Shown: piece by piece, positions 1-9,545 of the stretch
How positions within the stretch are numbered: position 1 is the stretch's first letter
How the letters are laid out: every line of letters begins with the position of its first letter
IMG/VR virus record: IMGVR_UViG_3300032053_000002
Span: 186,001-250,000 of that record
Direction: 5' to 3' (one strand)
Length of the DNA stretch: 64,000 bases
Made by a program: the position numbers and the translations under genes
The notes under the pieces: generated by a model
Seen by the model: the letters and a program-made list of their open reading frames with translations, nothing else
The model's database searches: none
Told to the model about the DNA's origin: nothing

Positions 1-134
1 CGAACATCTCCGATTTTTATATCAAACCTATCCATCTCAATTAATGCGTTCGCAATATCTACGGCATGGCTACCATAACCACTGCGAGTTCCAACTGGCG
101 CGGTCATTATCAAAAAAGGTTTGCTTTTGCCCAT
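1..134 (-). CDS. Glycosyltransferase (GT4-like), N-terminal fragment running off the window edge
   Basis: Manual translation MGKSKPFLIMTAPVGTRSGYGSHAVDIANALIEMDRFDIK; the TRSGYG glycine loop is typical of GT-B N-termini. Confidence 0.6.
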   Translation of the reverse strand, partial: MGKSKPFLIMTAPVGTRSGYGSHAVDIANALIEMDRFDIKIGDV

Positions 135-137
135 AAT

Positions 138-344
138 TTATTTCCTCATAAGTTTTAATTCATTCAATAATTGTTTTTGTTTTGCCTTCCCACCCGATAT
201 TTCTCTTTTCAGATAAATCCAATGGTCATCCTTAAACATAACTTCCCAACCGTTCAACCCGGCCGCATTTAATCTAATTATCAAATCCTCCGGTTCAATA
301 ACGCTGGCAATAATATCTATTTTTTTATACTCAAACTCCTTCAT
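138..344 (-). CDS. Small hypothetical protein, DUF4177-like
   Basis: EYK...LNAAGLNGWEV pattern; tight packing with neighbours. Confidence 0.5.
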   Translation of the reverse strand: MKEFEYKKIDIIASVIEPEDLIIRLNAAGLNGWEVMFKDDHWIYLKREISGGKAKQKQLLNELKLMRK

Positions 345-799
345 TTTTTCAACCCCCTTTTTGCTGAAAGTTTCCCGTTCCCTTCAATGAAATCTTTATT
401 CCATAATGAAGGATTTTTTCTTATTTTAAATTTTTCGCCCGTTTTGGTATCTTTTATGACAATGTTTTCCGGTTCCGTTTTTTCAACTGCCGCGATTGCT
501 TTTTTTACCACATCATCTTTTACTCCATAACGCAACCGTAAAAGATTTTTAACGTTACGAAAAAAATTCTTGATTTTAGTTTTTAGTGAAGGTTTGAGCA
601 TTTCAATTTCAAGATCATTTGGTGTATTTTTCTTCCTCTTCAAAGAACTTGCTGATGCGGGTTTTGATGCGGATATGAACCCGGTTCCCCATTTTTCATC
701 AATATCAAAAATTTCAAAATTCGAATCGAGAGATTCTAGCGCCGATTTCTTTTTCGGTCGCGGTTTTGTTTGTGTGCTAATTTTCTTTTTGGTACTCAT
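341..799 (-). CDS. Basic hypothetical protein
   Basis: Start MSTKKK follows GGGAGG SD; ATGA overlap with the upstream gene. Confidence 0.6.
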   Translation of the reverse strand: MSTKKKISTQTKPRPKKKSALESLDSNFEIFDIDEKWGTGFISASKPASASSLKRKKNTPNDLEIEMLKPSLKTKIKNFFRNVKNLLRLRYGVKDDVVKKAIAAVEKTEPENIVIKDTKTGEKFKIRKNPSLWNKDFIEGNGKLSAKRGLKK

Positions 800-2409
800 T
801 TTGTTTCCTCCCATTTAGTCGCGAATTCTTTTTGAAAATCCGATATTCCGAAAGATTCGGCGACAAATTTTATTTTATCATCCACTGGTTTTATTTCAAA
901 AATATCAAATCTTTTTCTCGATTTAAAATTTTCAAAAGTGATGTCTATAAAATCCATAAAATTCTTACCCATCATTTCAGACGTCATTCCACATTTAATT
1001 AAATATTCTCGCCCTTCCAATCCACGCTTATCTCTTTCCTCTTTGGGCACGTCATACCAGTATTTTATCGCAACCGCCGCATCGTACCAGTCGCATCTAT
1101 CGTCAAAAATGTATGGCGTTGGAGGCGACCCAACTAGTGCACGATTAGTCGGGAACAGTGGTCTTACCCAACTACCGTGTTTTTTATATTTTCCATCGTG
1201 ATTTGAACCCCATTCCGAATTGAAGTGCTTATCGGGATCGATGTATTCTCCGTTCTCATCGACAAATCCCATTTGATCCTGTAATCCTCCAGTAACCGTT
1301 GCTATAATAGGTTTCCCGACCATAAGAGATTCGCAAGTAGATAACCCGAAACCCTCGTTTGACGCCATGTTGATTGTCACATCGCAAACATTGTATAAAT
1401 AATTTAAGTATTTTGGCTCTAGCCTATCATTAGAAAAGATTAGATTTATATCAGGTGCAACTGCACGTTTAACCGCAATCAAATCCGTTCCATTTTCGTC
1501 TATTGGTTGAGTATGCATGACCAACGCAACTTTTTTTCGTTGTTCTTCGGTTAGCATATCAGTGAAGCATTTAAATGCTAAAATCACATCACCCGGCATT
1601 TTTCTGCGAATATTTCTATTATTGTAAAATACAATGAAATCAAAATCTCTTTCCTTAAAAATCTTTTTTCTGAAATCTCGTAATTCTTCGTATTCATTAG
1701 TGATTTTAACGGTTTCGGTTTTTTTATCTTTTATTTCGAAACTTTCTTCGGGAGATGATAAGCCGAGAGGTTTAAAGTTTATATGATCTACTCCGTGTGG
1801 TAAGTATCTTAGCGCCCAAGATTCAAGAGGCAATCTTTTTCTTGATTGTTTGACTATGTTGTATGTCTGTTTGCTAATACACCCAACACTGTCACATGAT
1901 TCATAATAATCCTGATTATACATTGGAATCGGAACATCGTCCCATATCGCGTAAAATGACAATGGTATGTATTGCCGTATTTCGTGTTCCATCTGATATA
2001 ACCAAATCCAGAATCTAGGGTCTGTAAAATGAATGATCGCATGGACTTTTTCTGCGTTAATCATGTAACGAACTAAATCCGGATCCCCGTATCCATCATA
2101 CGGATATATTCTCATATAATTTTCGCCAATTCCGAACAATCTGTCCATCTCTTTAGACATATCAACGATTTTACCTTTCTCCGGATGCTTAATCGCGCCT
2201 CCAACTTGCACCCAATTATATCGATGAATAGTTTTTAATACGATTTCTTTAGACATTGTTCCGACACCACTTGGAAGTCTTAAATCGTCGGATAATAAAA
2301 GAATTTTCTTTCGTATATTAAAAGGCAAAAATGTATCCCGTCTCCACTCTTCACTTGACTTAAGCACTAAATTTTTTCTGTATTCCTGTAAGTCAAAATT
2401 ATTTTCCAT
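796..2409 (-). CDS. Glycosyltransferase family 4 (GT-B)
   Basis: SDDLRLPSGVG N-terminal loop; NEGFGLSTCESLMVGKPIIAT (E-x7-E) motif; start MENN after GGAG. Confidence 0.9.
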   Translation of the reverse strand: MENNFDLQEYRKNLVLKSSEEWRRDTFLPFNIRKKILLLSDDLRLPSGVGTMSKEIVLKTIHRYNWVQVGGAIKHPEKGKIVDMSKEMDRLFGIGENYMRIYPYDGYGDPDLVRYMINAEKVHAIIHFTDPRFWIWLYQMEHEIRQYIPLSFYAIWDDVPIPMYNQDYYESCDSVGCISKQTYNIVKQSRKRLPLESWALRYLPHGVDHINFKPLGLSSPEESFEIKDKKTETVKITNEYEELRDFRKKIFKERDFDFIVFYNNRNIRRKMPGDVILAFKCFTDMLTEEQRKKVALVMHTQPIDENGTDLIAVKRAVAPDINLIFSNDRLEPKYLNYLYNVCDVTINMASNEGFGLSTCESLMVGKPIIATVTGGLQDQMGFVDENGEYIDPDKHFNSEWGSNHDGKYKKHGSWVRPLFPTNRALVGSPPTPYIFDDRCDWYDAAVAIKYWYDVPKEERDKRGLEGREYLIKCGMTSEMMGKNFMDFIDITFENFKSRKRFDIFEIKPVDDKIKFVAESFGISDFQKEFATKWEETK

Positions 2410-2428
2410 AGTTAATTTCTCCAATCAT

Positions 2429-2878
2429 TCATTCTAAATAAATTATATCTATGCCAACCTCGTTGAGCATTTCCCGTGAAACAATGTGGTTTTCTTTCCA
2501 ACGTTCTTCCTTCCAACGACCGTTTTCTTCTGGATTATAACAAACCAACATTGTTATTCCGGATTGTATTATAGCACGAGCACAATCAGCACAAGGAAAT
2601 CCATTGACATATAAAGTACATCCAAACAAACATACACCGGCTCTTGCGGCACTATATATTGCATTTCTTTCGGCGTGTTCGCTGTAAAAATATTTTATAG
2701 GTCGCTCGTGTCTTTTATCTATGTCGTCATTGCATCCACTTGGAAATCCATTATAACCAGTACTTAGAATTCTATGATTTTTATCGGTGATAATAGCCCC
2801 ATATTTAGTCGACCTATCTTTACTCCACAACGAAATATATTTCGCCAATTCAATAAATCTTTTATTCCAATCCATCAT
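2429..2878 (-). CDS. dCMP deaminase
   Basis: HAERNAI and PCADC zinc motifs, STGYNG. Confidence 0.92.
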   Translation of the reverse strand: MMDWNKRFIELAKYISLWSKDRSTKYGAIITDKNHRILSTGYNGFPSGCNDDIDKRHERPIKYFYSEHAERNAIYSAARAGVCLFGCTLYVNGFPCADCARAIIQSGITMLVCYNPEENGRWKEERWKENHIVSREMLNEVGIDIIYLE

Positions 2879-2888
2879 ATTGTCTTTC

Positions 2889-3428
2889 TTATTCCTCTGA
2901 AAAGTATTCGTTAAATTTATAAAATGCAACATACACCATCGGATCCACTGCGGCTGATATATCAGACGTCCAATAACAATGAGCCATAGCTTCTAACTTA
3001 GTTCCATCTCCAGTTGCTTCTTTCTTTTCTATTTTAGTCAATTCAACCGTAAACAAATAATATACCGTATCAACCGATTTTGTTCCGCGACTAATTCCCA
3101 GAAAAACCATATCTTGCGGCTCAACTTCATACCCGGCTTCTTCTTTTAGTTCTCTTACTGCATCTAGTATTTTACTAGTAGAATCCTTTTCAACTTCGCC
3201 AGTGATACTGCTTATACTTTCGTTCATGCCCCACGGTGGCGTGACTTCACTCCTAAGTAAAAATTCCAGCAAATTAGTTTCTGGATTATACCGATACGGA
3301 AGTATAGCAACAATTTGACCATCGCAACGATCTTCGTGCAAATAGTCATAACCATTTACACCATGTTCTGGGTCTATCATTTTGCGTAGGGAAACCCATT
3401 CGGTTTTACATAATATTTTTTCTTCCAT
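2889..3428 (-). CDS. NUDIX hydrolase
   Basis: GEVE-x-DAVRELKEEAGY Nudix box. Confidence 0.8.
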   Translation of the reverse strand: MEEKILCKTEWVSLRKMIDPEHGVNGYDYLHEDRCDGQIVAILPYRYNPETNLLEFLLRSEVTPPWGMNESISSITGEVEKDSTSKILDAVRELKEEAGYEVEPQDMVFLGISRGTKSVDTVYYLFTVELTKIEKKEATGDGTKLEAMAHCYWTSDISAAVDPMVYVAFYKFNEYFSEE

Positions 3429-3658
3429 TATTTCATACTCCCTGAAAAGATTACGTGTTCTAATATAAAGTTTGGATTAAAGCTGCTTGATAAAATAAGA
3501 TTTTCAAAATTTTCGTTATTGCTAAAAATAAATAATGCGGCTTCGACGAATTTATTAAAAGTTAACTGTCTTTCTACCGATTTATACTTAAACTTACGGT
3601 ATAATTCCGAATTTACCTTTACTGAAGTAATTTGTGTGTATTCTAATTTATTTTCCAT
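3428..3658 (-). CDS. Small possible ribbon-helix-helix DNA-binding protein
   Basis: Start MENKLE after AGGAG; TSVKVNSELYRKFK strand-helix pattern. Confidence 0.45.
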   Translation of the reverse strand: MENKLEYTQITSVKVNSELYRKFKYKSVERQLTFNKFVEAALFIFSNNENFENLILSSSFNPNFILEHVIFSGSMK

Positions 3659-3719
3659 AATGATTTTACTCCTAAAAAATATACATATACATATAAATAT
3701 ATGGAAATTAAAAAAAACC

Positions 3720-5375
3720 TTACTCAATTTCAAAAAATTTATTTTTTATTTCTTCTTTAACTCTTACAAAATCATCATTTTTACCGCGAAGCCACCAGGT
3801 TTTCCAATCATACTTTAGTCTCTCTGTCGCAATCTTGTAATACTCGGGGTCTATTTCAGAACCAATATACGGTCGGTCTAATATTTTACACGCGATTAAA
3901 GTTGTTCCGCTTCCGGTAAAGGGATCATAAACCGTTCCACCATCGGGAGTTGAAAACATTTTTACCAGATAATGCATGAGTTCTGTTGGCTTTACTGTCG
4001 GGTGGTTATTTTTAACTTTTGATATACGATTTAATCCAATATGATTTTGTAGGTATTCTGTTTTACCTTCTTTTTCTGCGTATTGCGCGCCACCACTTCT
4101 CGCCATCAATTTATCATCCAATTTTTCCAATCCCAAGTTTCTTTCAGAAGTGGACGCTTTTGCGGTATAAAAGAAGCGAGATGCTCCACCTTCATCTCCC
4201 AAACCACCCGCGTTATCACCAAGTTTTTTATTATATTTACCGTAAACCAAATCTCCCAGTGCTCCCATGCTTTTTTCTCCTCGTCCCCCAGAAGATTTAC
4301 TTATTCCGCTCTGTTCGTCCAATATCTTTACAGGGCAATCATCTGAACATTGCCAGTCTTCTACTTCTTCCATACCGTTTTCGTCGGCATATCCAATCGG
4401 AGTTCCCAACTCACTTTCGTCGCAACCAGAATATCCGCCGCTATATTGATGACCGTGTTTCCAGTTTCCGCTTTTCGTTCCTGTTATGGCTTTTATTTTT
4501 TTCTTTCCGACCAATTTACACTCTGGAGCGTGACTTAAAACCAGATTGGCGGGAAAACGACCTTTTTCAGAAGCAGATGCGATATCGTTTTTAGTGGGAT
4601 CGAAACCGCAATTTTCGCTAGAAAAAACGCCTTTTTGTCGCGGTTGGCAAGAAGTTGTTTTTGTTTCTTCGTTATGACTTATCCGACTACCATCTATATT
4701 TATTCCAGCGACACCGTGAGTAAGCGCATTATTTACAAAGTTTTTATCAGTTGGTTTCATTCCGATAATAATCGGCTCGTAAGCAGGCTTGAGAGCAGTT
4801 CCCCAACCGTTCCATTTTTTTGCTTCGTCGGTAGCAGGACGTGTTATATCAACCATTCCGTTTTTTAGATGCATTTCTGAAACAAAATCTATGCCACTTT
4901 TTTTATTAGCAGTTCTTCTCTTTTTTCCATCAATAAACGGATTCCTTTGTCCAACAACTTCTCTTTCCGCATTAGCATTTTTATCTATTCCCTTGCTTAT
5001 ATCAAAACTTTTCGGAAATCCGCTTCCGTAAAGCCAGCAAATAGTATCGCGTATTTCAAATCCAACATCTTCCATTGCGGATGCCAATCGGTGTGATGTT
5101 CTCGTTCCACCAAATGCAACAAGAAACCCGCCGGGCTTTAAAACACGATAGGCTTCTTTTACCCATTCTAAATGCCACTTATACATTTTTTGACCGTCAT
5201 TGTCGCCTTCGAGTTGTTTATGCTGCGAATCAAAAGCGGCATTCATGAAATTGAGGAGATATGGTGGATCGGTTATTATGAAGGGAATAGAATTTTCTTC
5301 CATTTTTTGCATTGTCAGCTTGCAGTCTTCGTTATATAGCATATTTTTACTCAAAAAACTTATTTTCCTTTTCAT
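3720..5375 (-). CDS. DNA N6-adenine/N4-cytosine methyltransferase (beta class)
   Basis: DPPY catalytic motif at the N-terminus; HPTVKP and DPFTGSGTT SAM-binding motif at the C-terminus. Confidence 0.9.
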   Translation of the reverse strand: MKRKISFLSKNMLYNEDCKLTMQKMEENSIPFIITDPPYLLNFMNAAFDSQHKQLEGDNDGQKMYKWHLEWVKEAYRVLKPGGFLVAFGGTRTSHRLASAMEDVGFEIRDTICWLYGSGFPKSFDISKGIDKNANAEREVVGQRNPFIDGKKRRTANKKSGIDFVSEMHLKNGMVDITRPATDEAKKWNGWGTALKPAYEPIIIGMKPTDKNFVNNALTHGVAGINIDGSRISHNEETKTTSCQPRQKGVFSSENCGFDPTKNDIASASEKGRFPANLVLSHAPECKLVGKKKIKAITGTKSGNWKHGHQYSGGYSGCDESELGTPIGYADENGMEEVEDWQCSDDCPVKILDEQSGISKSSGGRGEKSMGALGDLVYGKYNKKLGDNAGGLGDEGGASRFFYTAKASTSERNLGLEKLDDKLMARSGGAQYAEKEGKTEYLQNHIGLNRISKVKNNHPTVKPTELMHYLVKMFSTPDGGTVYDPFTGSGTTLIACKILDRPYIGSEIDPEYYKIATERLKYDWKTWWLRGKNDDFVRVKEEIKNKFFEIE

Positions 5376-6219
5376 TTTTTATTTTGTCGCCAGAAACCTC
5401 TAGCTCGCCCTCTTTGCGAAAAATCAGCAAATATTCGTGCACTTTTGAAGTATACCGTTTCGCCGCAACTTTCCCTATTTGATTTGAGGCGAAAGGCGAA
5501 ATGTTTTTAATGATAATCGTGTCCCAATGCAACAAACCTTCGGCGACAAACATCCTAATAATATCTGAATGAAACGAGCGAAACTTTCCATCACTTCTCC
5601 AATCTGCACAAACCCACGCAACGAACCCGCCCGGTTTTAATACTCTTTTTATATTTTTTCCAGTTACCGCCATTTCGGCTAAAAAGTCGCCATATTCTTT
5701 AATGTCGGACAGTTGTCCTTTTACGGATTCGTATTTTTCCAGATCGTGATATGGTGGGCAGGTCATAACTAAATGGGCAAAGTTATCAGGTGTTTCCCCC
5801 ATAAGGCAACCATTACTATTATAGATCGTCGCCTCGATTGAATGCGTCTCCAAATGTTTTTTCACCCGGCCAACCGTCGTTGGCGAGATTTCGTATCCGT
5901 AGTATTTTCTTCCCAACTTTGAGGCGACAAACGCTCTAGTCGCTCTTCCTGCAAACGGGTCTACTATTATTGAATCCACCATTGACCAGTATAAAACTAT
6001 ATTCTCGGCTAATCCGGCGTGAAACTCGCTGAACTCCAAACCCGGTAAATACTTTGCGTCTTCGGAGCGTTTTAACTCTTTTACGGCGTCGTCAAGGTAT
6101 GCGTCTTTCCATTTTGCTTTGGACTGTTTCTCAGGTTCTATTACCGACAAGGGAACAAATCCGAATTGCGAGTTTATCCGTCTTATATCTTCAAACGGAA
6201 GTATTTTTTCGTATCTCAT
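5347..6219 (-). CDS. Second amino-DNA methyltransferase
   Basis: DPFAGRAT motif I followed by TCPPY motif IV. Confidence 0.8.
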   Translation of the reverse strand: MRYEKILPFEDIRRINSQFGFVPLSVIEPEKQSKAKWKDAYLDDAVKELKRSEDAKYLPGLEFSEFHAGLAENIVLYWSMVDSIIVDPFAGRATRAFVASKLGRKYYGYEISPTTVGRVKKHLETHSIEATIYNSNGCLMGETPDNFAHLVMTCPPYHDLEKYESVKGQLSDIKEYGDFLAEMAVTGKNIKRVLKPGGFVAWVCADWRSDGKFRSFHSDIIRMFVAEGLLHWDTIIIKNISPFASNQIGKVAAKRYTSKVHEYLLIFRKEGELEVSGDKIKNEKENKFFE

Positions 6220-6662
6220 AAATAATAAACTCTCGCGTTATTTTTTACAAAAACACTTTCTATTATTTTACTAACGACATCCCAGTCGCCACCAGCAAGT
6301 CCGCAACCAATTTTAGGCATAGCAAATGATTTACTACGAAAAACAAATTCCGCGGCTTCCAATCCAGTACGGATTGCGTCGTAGTCGGTATAAACTCCGC
6401 CGTGACCGTATTTATACTGGGAATATAAGTTGATTACTATTATATCCTGATCATAATAATGATGTTTCCCGTACCAAAACGTAAAAGTTCCCAATTTGCC
6501 TTTGTCGCCTTTTTTTGTCAAGTCGTCTATGTTCCAGGCCTCAGGATATAATTTTTTCATAGTTTTGGCGACACCGGCTCCCCAGGTACAGAAACAGTTA
6601 CAGCCGTGCACGAGAATATCTTCTTTTGCTTTAAATAGATCGTCTTTGATTAGTTGTATCAT
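6216..6662 (-). CDS. Macro domain ADP-ribose hydrolase
   Basis: HGCNCFCTWGAGVA and AMPKIGCGLAGGDW motifs. Confidence 0.88.
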   Translation of the reverse strand: MIQLIKDDLFKAKEDILVHGCNCFCTWGAGVAKTMKKLYPEAWNIDDLTKKGDKGKLGTFTFWYGKHHYYDQDIIVINLYSQYKYGHGGVYTDYDAIRTGLEAAEFVFRSKSFAMPKIGCGLAGGDWDVVSKIIESVFVKNNARVYYL

Positions 6663-7084
6663 TCATTTCTTTCTTTAACATGTTTAATCATATCATTAAT
6701 TATTCCTTCTGTATTTTCTACGATATTCTGCGCGGCATCATCGACTCTATTTTCGCCGCATGCATATACGGCATGTTTTAAAAAAAATTCATCCTGCGGA
6801 GTTCGTAAATTTAAAAGCGTCCATACGACGGATAGAGCGGACACATTATTATTGTCCGGATTCACGTTGATTGATCTAATTCTGAGTCTCATATAAATCG
6901 TGTCGCTCTCCGTTATATTTCTTAAAAACGACGAGTTGGAAATTTTATAAACAACACACGTAATAACCATTTTACCGACATAATTTTGCCCACTTGATAC
7001 TACTTCAACAGGATGTTGCCCGAATGCATATCCAACCAATATAAAAATTAAAAGGCATTTAATAATATTTATTTTATTTTCCAA
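6659..7084 (-). CDS. Hypothetical secreted protein
   Basis: N-terminal hydrophobic signal-like segment CLLIFILVGYAFG. Confidence 0.5.
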   Translation of the reverse strand: MENKINIIKCLLIFILVGYAFGQHPVEVVSSGQNYVGKMVITCVVYKISNSSFLRNITESDTIYMRLRIRSINVNPDNNNVSALSVVWTLLNLRTPQDEFFLKHAVYACGENRVDDAAQNIVENTEGIINDMIKHVKERNE

Positions 7085-7406
7085 CGCATTTTCCTCTTGG
7101 CTTTAATAACCACTCTTTCAATTTAATAAAAACGCCCGACTTCGTAACATCTTTAGCAGAAAAAAGTCCGTCGTTTATATCTTTTTCAGATACCCATCCA
7201 GCATCTTCATTAAAGAAAAATTCTTCTTTGTGTTCTCGCCGTGGAAGGGAGTTCCATCCCGCTATAGCGTCTTCTGGGTGCCCGTCGAATTGCGGGCCGC
7301 CTACTCCGCAATGTTTGCAAAAAACATAATCAAAATTCTTGTGAATTTCCAAATTAAAACTTTCGCAATTTGGGCAATTCGCTAATCTGTGGCTAAAATC
7401 TTTCAT
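7074..7406 (-). CDS. Lar-like (restriction alleviation) zinc-finger protein
   Basis: CPNC...CKHCG...AIAGWN pattern; start reassigned to MKDFSH. Confidence 0.5.
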   Translation of the reverse strand: MKDFSHRLANCPNCESFNLEIHKNFDYVFCKHCGVGGPQFDGHPEDAIAGWNSLPRREHKEEFFFNEDAGWVSEKDINDGLFSAKDVTKSGVFIKLKEWLLKPRGKCVGK

Positions 7407-7416
7407 TTTTTTTCTC

Positions 7417-7575
7417 CTATTTACTCTTTCTCTCTCGCACACGAACCGGATAAAATGTATAACAATACGCACACCAAACATAATCGGGGTTCCGTTTGAT
7501 TCCAAAAATTCTAAAAATCGGGCCTTCGGCGAATTTACCGTGGCATCTTGGACAGGGGATTTCAATTTGTTTCAT
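7417..7575 (-). CDS. Small zinc-finger protein
   Basis: CPRC and CAYC pairs in 52 aa. Confidence 0.45.
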   Translation of the reverse strand: MKQIEIPCPRCHGKFAEGPIFRIFGIKRNPDYVWCAYCYTFYPVRVRERKSK

Positions 7576-7585
7576 TTTTAACTCT

Positions 7586-8374
7586 CTATAACATTTTAAA
7601 CAGTTGACCGAGAACACCCTTTTTATTTCCCGGTGTATGAAAAACCGAAGGGTATGTGTTGTATAATCGGTTTTTTACTTTTTTATTTTTATAGTCGTAT
7701 GTCACATCAAAATAAGTTGTTTTTTCGTCGTCCCACTTTGACATCAGTTGCAAGTTCTGAAAAATTTTATTCTCATAATCCAATTTTATATCATATTCAT
7801 TGGTTATATATAAAAGTTGATAAATAAGTTGATCGTCCTCTCCAGGATACGTTCCTGACATGGATAGCAAACCATTTTCATCTATGGATGGTTTAACCAA
7901 ATCCATGTAATAAGAATTTTTATTCGCCAGTTTTTGTTTTAACACAATTGCGTCATCTATGAATTGGCGAAAATCTTTTACACGCGCTATACAGGCTCCA
8001 GAGTTTAAAAATCTTGACTTATGACCATTTTCTTGAAAATGTTTTGCAATACAGCTTGCAGGATAACAAAAAATTTCCGCTCCAAAAAGTATTTTTGCAT
8101 TTATTTCAAGAAATTTCTTCATAATGTTTTCGCCAGTTTCAAAAATAATGGTGTCTCTAAAATCGAGCATTAAAATAAAATCGTCGCCGTTCAAATTTTT
8201 CAAATGCGACTGAATTATATTTATTTTTGTTGCCAAATCAAATTTTTCAGTTCCCTGACCTATTATCCATAAATCTATTCCGAATTTTTTACAACTTTTC
8301 ATCAAGGAATTGCCGTTGATCCCGTTAAATTTTGTTAGCGGGGTTGTTTCAATCGCGCAGACGTGCAGAGTCAT
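7586..8374 (-). CDS. PLOD/LH3-type glycosyltransferase domain protein (GT-A)
   Basis: ILMLDFRD, ILFGAEIFCYP, FLNSGACI, DDQL, IFQNL and VFHTPG match the PLOD GT-domain motif series. Confidence 0.7.
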   Translation of the reverse strand: MTLHVCAIETTPLTKFNGINGNSLMKSCKKFGIDLWIIGQGTEKFDLATKINIIQSHLKNLNGDDFILMLDFRDTIIFETGENIMKKFLEINAKILFGAEIFCYPASCIAKHFQENGHKSRFLNSGACIARVKDFRQFIDDAIVLKQKLANKNSYYMDLVKPSIDENGLLSMSGTYPGEDDQLIYQLLYITNEYDIKLDYENKIFQNLQLMSKWDDEKTTYFDVTYDYKNKKVKNRLYNTYPSVFHTPGNKKGVLGQLFKML

Positions 8375-8666
8375 ATAATTTTCTCGGTATTATTATAGAG
8401 TTGCTAACATTTTTTACATACATCTGGGTTCTCTTATTTAAAGTAGATTTCATCCCCAACGTGCTTACCTCATAAACCAGAACGTTATCCTTTAAAGACG
8501 CCTCGTGAATATCGGGGGGATACTTTCTTATGCTCGGAATTATGATAACTAACGTCTTATTAAATTTGCGTAGAATGTCGCCGACCTCCGAAAAAAAGGT
8601 GTCATGTTTATTTCCAAATATAACAAACTCGTCAATCTCAGAATTCTGGCGAATAAAATTCTCCAA
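8349..8666 (-). CDS. Hypothetical protein
   Basis: ORF in operon context only. Confidence 0.5.
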   Translation of the reverse strand: MENFIRQNSEIDEFVIFGNKHDTFFSEVGDILRKFNKTLVIIIPSIRKYPPDIHEASLKDNVLVYEVSTLGMKSTLNKRTQMYVKNVSNSIIIPRKLYDSARLRD

Positions 8667-8709
8667 TTCTAAATTAGTATATGCGGTTTTATCAACATCA
8701 AAAAACTTT

Positions 8710-9120
8710 TTAATACAACACCAACACTTTCTTTCCCATCTTTTTCGCCTTAGTAATGGTATCGTTAGTCCCGCGACTGTCTTCTATTTTCCAATTCTTA
8801 GGAATAAACGCAACTACTATGTCAGCGTATTTTGCTATTTTTGTATTTCTTTGCAAGTAATGATATACCCGATATGGCTTTCCATAATTAAAAGGTTCGT
8901 CGCCACAATGCTGATTGAATGAAAAATGTTCCGGTGGAAACTCGACATATTTCGCACCCAACTCAACCGCGAATTTTTTAGCAAATCCGTCGGCCCCTTT
9001 TGGTTGCCCACCAGAAACTATTTCCAATTCATCACCGTATTTTTCAATTAGTTTTCTAATAAAATTTTTGATCTTCAATGAATCGCGATACTCACGACTC
9101 CCTATTATCGCAACTTTCAT
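8710..9120 (-). CDS. SLOG-superfamily (DUF2493/YspA-like) protein
   Basis: VAIIGSR, IVSGGQPKGAD, RN, SRGT motifs. Confidence 0.75.
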   Translation of the reverse strand: MKVAIIGSREYRDSLKIKNFIRKLIEKYGDELEIVSGGQPKGADGFAKKFAVELGAKYVEFPPEHFSFNQHCGDEPFNYGKPYRVYHYLQRNTKIAKYADIVVAFIPKNWKIEDSRGTNDTITKAKKMGKKVLVLY

Positions 9121-9535
9121 TATTATTATTTTCCTTTTTATAGATTACTTTTTTTCCATGCCCACTTTCTACAAATTTAATAACAGATTTAAAATTGTCA
9201 ATACCTTTTATTATATCACTTAGTTTTTGATAAACATATGAAAAACGATTGCATTGGGTATGGTTATTTTTAGCAAAACTATAATTTAATACATCAAACC
9301 AGACAAATTCTTCGTTGGGTCTATTTTTGGTAATTTTAATATGGGAACAAAAATTGTATAAGGGTTGTATCTTTTCTTTAAACATTTGTATTTGCGCATC
9401 GTCAACCCCACCGTTGTGCCAAAACACTATTCTTCTTATTTCGTGCTCTTTTGCGATAGATTCCAATCGGAACATGATTTCGTTCTCCAATTCCGCACGC
9501 AAAATATCTTCTAAGTTCAGCCGAATCTCGTTCAT
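9092..9535 (-). CDS. Hypothetical protein
   Basis: Start MNEIRL after AGGAG. Confidence 0.55.
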   Translation of the reverse strand: MNEIRLNLEDILRAELENEIMFRLESIAKEHEIRRIVFWHNGGVDDAQIQMFKEKIQPLYNFCSHIKITKNRPNEEFVWFDVLNYSFAKNNHTQCNRFSYVYQKLSDIIKGIDNFKSVIKFVESGHGKKVIYKKENNNNESCDNRES

Positions 9536-9545
9536 TAAATTTCTC

